In this document: positions 56,596 to 64,000 of the stretch, piece after piece | How positions within the stretch are numbered: the stretch's first letter is position 1 | How the letters are laid out: each line of letters opens with the position of its first letter | Source of the DNA: a virus | Taxonomy: Duplodnaviria > Caudoviricetes | Direction: 5' to 3' (one strand) | Virus record (IMG/VR): IMGVR_UViG_3300005686_000008 | Length of the DNA: 64,000 nucleotides | The notes under the pieces: generated by a model | What the model was told of the DNA's origin: nothing | Seen by the model: the letters and a program-made list of their open reading frames with translations, nothing else | The model's database searches: none | Program-made: the position numbers and the translations under genes

Positions 56596-57344
56596 GTCAA
56601 TGTGGCACTAATGGTCCTAATTGGAATAGTGTTATGGGCTGGACTGCTAATCCTGTTGCGTATCAGGTTACTAGTACAAGTCCATTTATCAACTTAAATC
56701 CTTTTGGCACTATAACGATTGATGTTGATGGCAATTCTATCACTTATGATAGTAATGGCAATCCGATATCTCTTTTAGAAAATGAAAGAGAAAGCAAAAT
56801 GAATGAAGATTCTTTGCATTTGGAAAATTCAGAGATACATGATGTTAGATCAATATTGAGTTTAATATACAATTCTTTTTATCAAAGGTCTCCGTTTTTG
56901 AATTGCTTTTTCTATGCTGGAAGTCAAGAGAACAAGATTTGCTTTCATTACATGCATAGTTTGCCAATATTCAGACTTTCTTTATTTAAAGATGGTTCTA
57001 GTAATGTTTGTTTTGTATCTGATTGGTCTAGCGATATTAGGCTTTATGACGGATGGGATATTGTTCCAATAGAAGAGCCAGATAAGGTTTCTTCTAGGAA
57101 GAAGTTGAAAAACAGCGCAAAAAGCGTATTTGTAATACCATCAGTTTCAGAAATTAATATCTACGAGTGGGGGTTTGAAATTCTTAATAATGGAGGCATT
57201 CAACTTATAGCAATGTTGAATTTTGCTACAGAAGAGAAGCCAGATCATACTCTTGGAATGAAAAACTGGAAACCTCCTTTCAAAAAGAGTTATATGGAAA
57301 AAGAAAGCTTTAGTAAAATAGTAGCTCATTGGAAGAGAATATGA
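56592..57344 (+). CDS. hypothetical protein
   Basis: ATGA overlap with topA. Confidence 0.55.
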   Translation: MSQCGTNGPNWNSVMGWTANPVAYQVTSTSPFINLNPFGTITIDVDGNSITYDSNGNPISLLENERESKMNEDSLHLENSEIHDVRSILSLIYNSFYQRSPFLNCFFYAGSQENKICFHYMHSLPIFRLSLFKDGSSNVCFVSDWSSDIRLYDGWDIVPIEEPDKVSSRKKLKNSAKSVFVIPSVSEINIYEWGFEILNNGGIQLIAMLNFATEEKPDHTLGMKNWKPPFKKSYMEKESFSKIVAHWKRI

Positions 57345-57595
57345 ACGATCTAGAAGGCAAAAGAATAAGTAAAGTCGGTTTGAAGTTTCATAAAAGACTT
57401 CTTAAGATGAATGGCGGGTATTTACCCAAAGAACTTGGATGGTGTTATGAAGAGCCAAAGAAGATAGTTGTGTTTATGCCGAAAAATGATCAAATAAATG
57501 TTCCAAGTAGCTTCATGGGATATCAGGTATTTGCGCTTCCTATTGATTCATTTTTGAATGATGTTATTAATGGAGTTTTGAAAGATGAAGGGTGA
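57341..57595 (+). CDS. hypothetical protein
   Basis: ATGA overlap. Confidence 0.55.
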   Translation: MNDLEGKRISKVGLKFHKRLLKMNGGYLPKELGWCYEEPKKIVVFMPKNDQINVPSSFMGYQVFALPIDSFLNDVINGVLKDEG

Positions 57596-57812
57596 AATAC
57601 GAGGGCTAAAGGCTGGGGAATATCTTTCTAAGGATGGTTCTCTTCTTCTTAGAGTAAGTCGGAAAGATGATGGTGTTCTTATCGAAATAGCAGATTTTGA
57701 TGCCGACATATTCTATGCAGCAAACGTGAATGATAGTAAGGCAAAGTTTGAATGGGGGACTGTTACCCCTTCATCAATAGATGACAAAGGAGATACGAAT
57801 GGCGAAGGTTAA
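57585..57812 (+). CDS. hypothetical protein
   Basis: In-operon small ORF. Confidence 0.5.
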   Translation: MKGEIRGLKAGEYLSKDGSLLLRVSRKDDGVLIEIADFDADIFYAANVNDSKAKFEWGTVTPSSIDDKGDTNGEG

Positions 57813-58236
57813 GCCGGAATATAAAGAGCTTCCAGAATTTATCGAACTTATGGAGAAGGTTTTGGAAATATACCCGGGAATTTTCCCGGATATACAACCA
57901 GAACAGATCGCTGCTGTTCAAATAGTGAATAAGCCAAGACCTGAAAAGAAGTCGCAGGTTTGGGATTTGAAGGCAGTAAAGGCTCCAATTACGCTGTTCT
58001 GCCCTAAGCTTTATTTTGTTGTTCTTTATTCTAGCGATTGGGATGTTTTCGATGAAGCTCGTAAGGCGGCAGTTGTTGCAGACGTTTTGATGTCTGTGGC
58101 TCCTGAGATTGATGGAAGCACGATCCCATTTGATAAGAAAGACCATAGTGTTATTCTCAGGACTCTAGGCGTCGATTATATGAGCGAGCCGATTATTGAG
58201 AATATTTTGGATGGCAAGACCGCCTGGAAACAATAA
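57799..58236 (+). CDS. phage metallopeptidase-like protein lacking HExxH
   Basis: FVVLYSSDW..FDE..KAAVVADVLMSV...DH..ILRTLG resembles the family pattern F.I.....W..L....ALxxHELxH...HD...IVRRYG. Confidence 0.45.
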   Translation: MAKVKPEYKELPEFIELMEKVLEIYPGIFPDIQPEQIAAVQIVNKPRPEKKSQVWDLKAVKAPITLFCPKLYFVVLYSSDWDVFDEARKAAVVADVLMSVAPEIDGSTIPFDKKDHSVILRTLGVDYMSEPIIENILDGKTAWKQ

Positions 58237-58246
58237 GGAGAAGAGA

Positions 58247-58705
58247 ATGAAATATCAACTTTGGACAGAAGACGAGTATAGAACTAGCGCTATCGTTGGA
58301 AGCTTTGCTTCTCCCGAAAGCGCTGCTGAAACAGCAAGAAAATTGGTTACTGATGCCAACTTTTCAAACGCTCTATCTACAACAGATAGAATGCGCAATA
58401 TAGAAGCTTATTTTGTTGAAATGCTCAATAAGAAAGGTTCTTCTAGCGATTCCTTGTTCTATGGAGGCAACAGGAGAGGCGGCAAATACGTTTCTTATAA
58501 GTCTGCTAGCGTTGAACCTACAGAGTTTGAGCCAAAGAATACTCCTATAAGGATTTATGTTGGCTCTACATTCTCTAAGAAAAATGGTAAGAATGAAGAG
58601 ACTCGAATTTACCTAAATGACGAAAAGGGTAAACAAGTAAGTTCTCTTTCTCATTTGCTACTTTCTGGCAAAACTATTTATTTCATCGTTCCTGTTGATA
58701 AGTAA
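58247..58705 (+). CDS. hypothetical protein
   Basis: SD AAGGAG. Confidence 0.65.
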   Translation: MKYQLWTEDEYRTSAIVGSFASPESAAETARKLVTDANFSNALSTTDRMRNIEAYFVEMLNKKGSSSDSLFYGGNRRGGKYVSYKSASVEPTEFEPKNTPIRIYVGSTFSKKNGKNEETRIYLNDEKGKQVSSLSHLLLSGKTIYFIVPVDK

Positions 58706-58717
58706 TCGGAGGTACTC

Positions 58718-59485
58718 ATGACGGTTGTTTTAGGTTTTTCTGGTAAAAAGCAAAGCGGTAAAGACACTCTGCTTAATGGGATAACTCCACTCCTAAGCGG
58801 AACTGTTAAGAAGTACAGCTTTGCCGATGGATTGAAGAATTTTCTTGTTGATGTTATGGGGCTTAGACCCGAACAGGTTTGGGGTACTGATGAACAGAAA
58901 AACACTAAGACTTCGTATCTATGGGAACATTTGCCAGAATTTATGAGATGGGAAAATGGTGGTAGATGGATCGATTTTGGAGGAAACGATCTCGAAGTTC
59001 AACTACCTCTTTTTGAGCAGTCTATAGGCGTAAACGACTTTTCTCCTGAGAAGCTATATTGGTCTCTAAAGCTTTCAAAAGGGTCTTTTCCTTCTTTTGT
59101 CCCGTTCAATCTAAAGAGCGGACATATGACAGCAAGAGAACTTATGCAAGTGATGGGGACTGATATTTGCAGAAGAATGTTCAGCCAGTTCATTTGGGTT
59201 CATTCTACTTTTAGGGCTATTGATAAAGACAAGGTTGATTTTGCTATTATCCCTGATTTACGTTTCCCATCAGAGATTCAAGGGGTAGAGTCTCATGGAG
59301 GGTTTGTGGTAAGGCTTACGAGGGATGTAAGTATGGGAGACGAGCATCCAAGTGAAACAGCTTTGGATGGATATGATTGGGGACGTTTGGGTGATAGGGT
59401 GGTTATCGTTCCGCAGGGCCTTGGTATAGACGAAACAAGAGATGTTGTTTGGGATTGGCTTTCAAAGAAGCTTGGAGATAAATAA
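58718..59485 (+). CDS. deoxynucleoside monophosphate kinase (T4 gp1-like)
   Basis: GFSGKKQSGKDT, SFAD.LK, TARELMQVMGTD..R, PDLRFPSE, HPSE. Confidence 0.88.
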   Translation: MTVVLGFSGKKQSGKDTLLNGITPLLSGTVKKYSFADGLKNFLVDVMGLRPEQVWGTDEQKNTKTSYLWEHLPEFMRWENGGRWIDFGGNDLEVQLPLFEQSIGVNDFSPEKLYWSLKLSKGSFPSFVPFNLKSGHMTARELMQVMGTDICRRMFSQFIWVHSTFRAIDKDKVDFAIIPDLRFPSEIQGVESHGGFVVRLTRDVSMGDEHPSETALDGYDWGRLGDRVVIVPQGLGIDETRDVVWDWLSKKLGDK

Positions 59486-60597
59486 TGAGCGTTGTTTTAG
59501 CGAATAAATATAGGCCCAAGAAACTTGCAGATCTTATTGGGCAGGATTCTGTAGTCAGGATTTTGACTAATACTATTCTTTCTGGTAAACCTCATCATGC
59601 TTATATCTTTTCTGGCAAGTTTGGATGTGGCAAAACATCTAGCGCCCGAATTTTTGCAGCATCTGTAAATGGTAAAGACGGAATGACTTTGACGCCGGAT
59701 ATGGAAGACCCTGATATACAGGCGATCTTTGAAGGCAAATCAATAGATGTTAAAGAGATAGATGCTGCTTCTAACAGGTCTATTGATGATATACGAGCAT
59801 TGAGAGAAGAGATTAGATATTCTACAGTAAAGCTGAATTATCGTTTTGTTATCATAGACGAGGCTCATAGGTTGACTGGAGATGCTGCTGAGGCAGCTCT
59901 TAAAATGATTGAAGAGCCGCCAAAGAATGTAATATTCATTCTTTGTACGACTAATGCGGAAGACCTAAAAGACACGATACATAGCCGCTGCATGCCTCTT
60001 AGGTTCAACAAGGTTTCCTGGGACCAGTTGTATTCTAATTTGGTGAAGATAGCGAAAAGCGAAAACATAGAGTATGAGGATGCCGCACTTAGAGTGGCTG
60101 CAAAGCTTTCTAAAGGTTCTGTGAGAAACTCTTTACAGAACTTGCAAACAATGTTGACATTTTCCGGCGGTAACAAAATTACTGGTGAATTGGCTCAGCA
60201 ATCTTTGTCAGCAGTAGACGATAACAAATACTTTGATCTTGTCGATATGATACTTAGACCCGACGCTGGTGAAGCTATGCGTATCATTGACCAAATACTG
60301 GGAGATGGACGCGAAGTTGGGGAGGTTCTTGATGGACTCGTTGGACATATTAGAACTCTGTTGGTTATTAAAACTGCAAAGGATACGTCTAAGTTACTGT
60401 TCTTGACTGATGAAGAGAAAAAGAGGTTTGTTGCGCAAAGTCAAACTGTGGGCATCGAACTTCTTTTGCAAATGATAGATTTGGTTGCAGAGGTAAATAA
60501 GGGCATGGCCCTTAACTTGAATCCTCAAACCTTGTTAGAAAAACTGGTTATTTGCTCGATTATCTTCAATAGGAGAACGGCGGCTGCGACGGCATAG
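59485..60597 (+). CDS. dnaX: DNA polymerase III clamp loader subunit gamma/tau (short form)
   Basis: LANKYRP, GQ, HAYIFSG..GCGKTS.AR, EIDAASN, IIDEAH, LK.IEEPP, TI.SRC, GSVR. Confidence 0.93.
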   Translation: MSVVLANKYRPKKLADLIGQDSVVRILTNTILSGKPHHAYIFSGKFGCGKTSSARIFAASVNGKDGMTLTPDMEDPDIQAIFEGKSIDVKEIDAASNRSIDDIRALREEIRYSTVKLNYRFVIIDEAHRLTGDAAEAALKMIEEPPKNVIFILCTTNAEDLKDTIHSRCMPLRFNKVSWDQLYSNLVKIAKSENIEYEDAALRVAAKLSKGSVRNSLQNLQTMLTFSGGNKITGELAQQSLSAVDDNKYFDLVDMILRPDAGEAMRIIDQILGDGREVGEVLDGLVGHIRTLLVIKTAKDTSKLLFLTDEEKKRFVAQSQTVGIELLLQMIDLVAEVNKGMALNLNPQTLLEKLVICSIIFNRRTAAATA

Positions 60598-60608
60598 AAA
60601 GAAACTTA

Positions 60609-61391
60609 ATGCCCAGACCTAAAAAGAAAAACAAGGTAAGGGTAAAAAGAGCTAAGCCGAAAGAAAAACCTATAGTAGTGGATCTTGAAAAAGAGAAGAT
60701 TGAACATGATTATCAGAACAATCTTAAGTGTATAAAACTAATCAACTACATTAGAAAAAACAAAGACGAAGAATCGACAAACAAGGCGTTTGATGAACTT
60801 TTAGAGATGCTTATACCTAAGATATATAAGGTTGTCTCTAAATTCAAAATACCGGGATGCGACCATAGCGATATAATGCAAGAAGCTCTTTATGCCCTAA
60901 GATACAAAGCCATTAAAGATTACGATAAAGAAAGAGGTACTGGTGATGGTCCAGCTCCGTTTGATAAGTTTGCTCTTCTTTGCATTAGAAGACATTTAGC
61001 AACAGAGTTTAAGTCTTCTTATCAAAATAAGAAGAGAGTCTTGAACCAGTCTGTTTCGATATACAAGGAAACAACCACAAGCAATAGCAATGAGGATGAT
61101 GTTTCTTTGTCAAATATCATTTCCGATCCAGATGCGTTGGATATTGGAGACCAGTCTGCTGAAAACGAATACTACACTGATTTACAAAATCTTCTCATAG
61201 AGGCTTTGTCTGGTTTTGAAAAAGAAGTGTACGTCTTGTATGCACAAAAATACTCATATGAAGAAATAGCTGATAAAATAAACAGTAGAAGGCAAAAAGT
61301 TAGAGTGAACATCAAGGGTGTTGACAATGCTTTGAGCCGAATAAAGCATAAGGCGAGAGAAATTCTCAGAAAATACGAAAAGAAGAAGTAA
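60609..61391 (+). CDS. RNA polymerase sigma-70 family factor, SigH(Spo0H)-like
   Basis: D.MQEA...L..AI.DYD, F..FA.LCIRR...T, LN.SVS, LS.FEKEV..LY..YSYEEIA, K.VDNAL.RIK.K. Confidence 0.85.
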   Translation: MPRPKKKNKVRVKRAKPKEKPIVVDLEKEKIEHDYQNNLKCIKLINYIRKNKDEESTNKAFDELLEMLIPKIYKVVSKFKIPGCDHSDIMQEALYALRYKAIKDYDKERGTGDGPAPFDKFALLCIRRHLATEFKSSYQNKKRVLNQSVSIYKETTTSNSNEDDVSLSNIISDPDALDIGDQSAENEYYTDLQNLLIEALSGFEKEVYVLYAQKYSYEEIADKINSRRQKVRVNIKGVDNALSRIKHKAREILRKYEKKK

Positions 61392-61404
61392 TAAGGAGAA
61401 ACAG

Positions 61405-62667
61405 ATGAAGTTTAAGGCTCAAGTTGGCGGTTTGATTGAAGGATTGAAGCCCATGTTTGTTGTGGCTTCTAAGGGCGTTCAAAAGAACTATGAAATGGAG
61501 AACGTTATAACTCTCAATGCAGTGAAAGACTATCTGCAAGTTATGGCGGATGGCGGTAGGGTTAGCGGCAAGACGAATATTGGCAATAGTAACTACAACT
61601 TTGATTATGAATGCATTGAAGATGGAACGGTAACAGTTAATGCTAGTAGCTTACAAAAGTCTTTAGAGTCTTTCAACGGTTCGGATTCGATTATATTCGA
61701 GATTGTTGCCGGTAAAAATGGGAACAATGTTAGAATTACAAGTACGACTGAGAAAGATGAGTGTCAGGTTATTCCTGTTCTTCCTGTTACTTGCTCTTTC
61801 CAAGAGATTGATGCTAAAGGAAAGAAAGTTATTAGCCTTTCAGTTAAAAGAGAACTCTTCATGAATTATGCAAACAAGATTATGTTTGCTCATGGAGATT
61901 CTGAGCAATTCAAAGAGTTTACTTATTGGGTTCTTAGAACAGAAAAGGACGGATATCTTCGTTTTGTTTCTGGCACCGGAAACATTTTCGCCATTATTGA
62001 GCTTGTTGGTAAAAATCTTTCTGATGCTAAAGGTAAAGAGGCCATTCTTTTCCCCAACGATCAAACCGCAACGTTGGTTGGCATTCTTGGCAGTCTCAAG
62101 TGCGATATGATTAAGATTGAGTCTGGCGAGAAGTTCGTTTGCATTTCTTGCGGAGAGACGGTAATCAATATTTATAACTGCGATCCTCAAGTTAAGTGGC
62201 CTGATGAAAATGTATTCTTGAATAGGGATAGTAAGTTTAAGTTTACAACGAAGGCTGGTTCTTGGAAGAATGCAATGAAGGGCATTCTTGCTACGAATAG
62301 CGATGATTTGAAACAACAGAACAAGATTCACGTTTGTTCTCTTGGATTTGATCTTTCTGGAAAGGTTATTCAAACCAAAACTGATAACTCTTTGAAGTCG
62401 TTCAGGAAGGTTCCTATTGAAGATATAGGAACAAATGAGGATACGAAGGAGCTGAAGATTCTTTGCGTATCTAAGTTTATGAATGATATCATTAGTAGGG
62501 CGGGAGATGAAGAGTTCTTGCAGTTTGAGATTGAGAACCCAGATAAGCCTGTAGTAGTTCGTCACTATGCGAGTTCTGGCGTTGGTGACTACCAAGGGTT
62601 TATCAAGCCAAGCGATGACGGATTCAGCGAGAGATATTCGGTTTTCTTTGCGACAACGAGAGAGTAA
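61405..62667 (+). CDS. dnaN: DNA polymerase III beta sliding clamp (divergent)
   Basis: MKF start, EDGTVTVNA, LRFVSGTG..FA, WPD...L, three-domain length; flanked by dnaX and holA-like genes. Confidence 0.75.
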   Translation: MKFKAQVGGLIEGLKPMFVVASKGVQKNYEMENVITLNAVKDYLQVMADGGRVSGKTNIGNSNYNFDYECIEDGTVTVNASSLQKSLESFNGSDSIIFEIVAGKNGNNVRITSTTEKDECQVIPVLPVTCSFQEIDAKGKKVISLSVKRELFMNYANKIMFAHGDSEQFKEFTYWVLRTEKDGYLRFVSGTGNIFAIIELVGKNLSDAKGKEAILFPNDQTATLVGILGSLKCDMIKIESGEKFVCISCGETVINIYNCDPQVKWPDENVFLNRDSKFKFTTKAGSWKNAMKGILATNSDDLKQQNKIHVCSLGFDLSGKVIQTKTDNSLKSFRKVPIEDIGTNEDTKELKILCVSKFMNDIISRAGDEEFLQFEIENPDKPVVVRHYASSGVGDYQGFIKPSDDGFSERYSVFFATTRE

Positions 62668-62684
62668 TCTTTGAGAGATGGACC

Positions 62685-62721
62685 GCCAGTTGCGGGCAGA
62701 AATGTCCGCATTGGCTTTATT
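62685..62721 (+). terminator. hairpin with GAAA loop and U-rich tail between dnaN and holA
   Basis: GCCAG(T)TGCGGGCA-GAAA-TGTCCGCATTGGC followed by TTTATT. Confidence 0.6.
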
Positions 62722-63879
62722 ATGAGCGACAATAAAAAGGTAAAGGTGGCTTGGATAAGCGGGGCTTATTATCTTGCTAAGCAAACGCTTGACAAGGTAA
62801 GAGAAACAACCGCTGGAGTGGAAACCTTTGATTGTTATGAAAATACAGACTTTGGCAAGTTGTTATCTTTCATTACTAGTAGGTCTTGCTTTTCAGAAAA
62901 TAAGGTTGTTGTAATACATAGCCTTCCTGATATGACAGATGCTGAGAAGAAGAAGTTCAAATCTATCATAGAAAATGTGTCAGACGGTCTGTTGATCGTG
63001 TTTTTTATGATCAATCCATCTGATGAAAGATCAATCTATAATAGCGTTGATAAGGTTGGTAGAATATACCACTATGATTCTCATATTCCAAAGAACGAAG
63101 CTAAAGGATGGATTACAAGTAGAGCAAAAGAGCTTGGAATACAAGTAGAAGAAGATGCGGCTATTGCAATAGCGGAAAATTCAGGAATTACTAAAGATGG
63201 TGTTCCAATTGATATTATGGAACACGCTTTGCAAAGACTGATATTGAACAATTGCGATAAGAAGCATTATACGATGACGGATGCTATTTCTACGGCTACG
63301 TTTTATAATAGCTTTGTAATATGGGATCTTTTGAATTGTTGCGATGAGAAAAACTTTGATAAGTGTATTGACTCGTTCAATAAATGCGCAGAAGCCTATG
63401 GAGCTGTTGAAGCCATCAATGAGATTATACATATGATGGCATGGAAATACAGGCTATTATTGTCTCTCAAGGAGTTTACTGCTAACAAGGCTTCTATAGA
63501 AGATGCGATAATCAAAGCTTCATCTATTAGAAAGGTTGCTTTGAATGGAAGCGGCATAAAGGCTATTACAAAAACGAATCTTATAGAAAGCGGTCCAGAT
63601 GCCGGCAAGCCCGTTCCGATGTGGAATCAAAAAGTTTGCATAAATGCTATGAATGGGTTCTATGGCAAGAAGCCGCAAATAGAACTTTATAGCAGAAAAG
63701 AACTATACTTGATTGTTAAATGCATAGAAGACTCTTTGTTCTTTTCTCGAACGTGCAAATATGACAATGAAGCTTATTTGATTGCCGATATGATTTTTAT
63801 GACCATTTGCTCTTCGCTTGATAGTCATTCCATAAAGAAGATACAAATGAGTCTTGAAAAATCGAGAGAAAGAATATGA
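62722..63879 (+). CDS. holA: DNA polymerase III delta subunit-like (clamp loader)
   Basis: S.SCFSENKVVVI, WI..RAKELGI.VEEDAA..I, ALQRL, IWDLL. Confidence 0.7.
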   Translation: MSDNKKVKVAWISGAYYLAKQTLDKVRETTAGVETFDCYENTDFGKLLSFITSRSCFSENKVVVIHSLPDMTDAEKKKFKSIIENVSDGLLIVFFMINPSDERSIYNSVDKVGRIYHYDSHIPKNEAKGWITSRAKELGIQVEEDAAIAIAENSGITKDGVPIDIMEHALQRLILNNCDKKHYTMTDAISTATFYNSFVIWDLLNCCDEKNFDKCIDSFNKCAEAYGAVEAINEIIHMMAWKYRLLLSLKEFTANKASIEDAIIKASSIRKVALNGSGIKAITKTNLIESGPDAGKPVPMWNQKVCINAMNGFYGKKPQIELYSRKELYLIVKCIEDSLFFSRTCKYDNEAYLIADMIFMTICSSLDSHSIKKIQMSLEKSRERI

Positions 63880-64000
63880 ACGATATTGTACAATTCAATA
63901 GATTGCAAACGAAATGTTTGGAAACAACTTTTGCTATATCTAAGATTCATAATGCTTGTCAAACAATGCTTACTAATCCAACACAAGAGAATCTTGATAT
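63876..64000 (+). CDS. start of an ORF truncated by the window edge
   Basis: ATGA overlap with the holA stop; MNDIVQFNRLQ... stays open to the end. Confidence 0.5.
   Translation, partial: MNDIVQFNRLQTKCLETTFAISKIHNACQTMLTNPTQENLD

Noticed and set aside
61840-62784. 314-aa minus-strand ORF, and similar ones such as 55150-55896 and 13798-14373
   Set aside because: These are antisense shadows of well-supported + strand genes, with no recognisable motifs.
1-64000. Stop-codon reassignment, as seen in some huge phages
   Set aside because: Conserved genes are full length in code 11, and TAA, TGA and TAG all end genes that abut the next gene.
1-64000. tRNA or rRNA genes
   Set aside because: Intergenic gaps are short and I saw no cloverleaf/T-loop signature. 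A tRNAscan-SE run would confirm.
1-64000. Bacterial chromosome origin for the window
   Set aside because: Disfavoured: infC lacks rpmI/rplT, dnaN lacks dnaA/recF, and phage-type SSB, Gam and dNMP kinase plus many orphan ORFs are present. No virion genes are in the window, so a megaplasmid-like element is not excluded.

Overview
This 64 kb window is densely coding and AT-rich, almost all on the + strand in the standard genetic code. It looks like part of a jumbo/huge bacteriophage genome, not a cellular chromosome: phage-type SSB, Gam-like protein, dNMP kinase, UvsW-like helicase, many orphan ORFs, and no rRNA, tRNA or housekeeping operons. Block 1 (1-30 kb) is replication/recombination: SF2 helicase, five orphan DNA methyltransferases, IF3, a host-less degenerate intein, DnaC-like loader, DnaB, a primase split into two distant genes, and a DnaE polymerase fractured into two genes with an intein in its PHP domain. 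It also has SSB, an antisense His-Me endonuclease, RecA, a Cas4-like nuclease, SpoVS, a Gam-like protein and UvrD. Block 2 (30-51.5 kb) is a glycan island of about 29 ORFs: a NeuA/NeuB/KdsC-type nonulosonic acid pathway with a Maf-like transferase, about 10 glycosyltransferases, methyltransferases, GmhA, split transketolase and nucleotidyltransferases. Block 3 (51.5-64 kb) holds IMPDH/GMPR, TopA, dNMP kinase, DnaX, a SigH-like sigma factor, the beta clamp and HolA. The main novelty candidates are the DnaE split with no split intein, the dead free-standing intein, the sialic-acid-like pathway, a recurring NNCGA promoter-like motif placed to give leaderless mRNAs, and an endonuclease gene that appears to have inserted into a terminator hairpin. 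All calls come from reading motifs by eye; no database searches were run.
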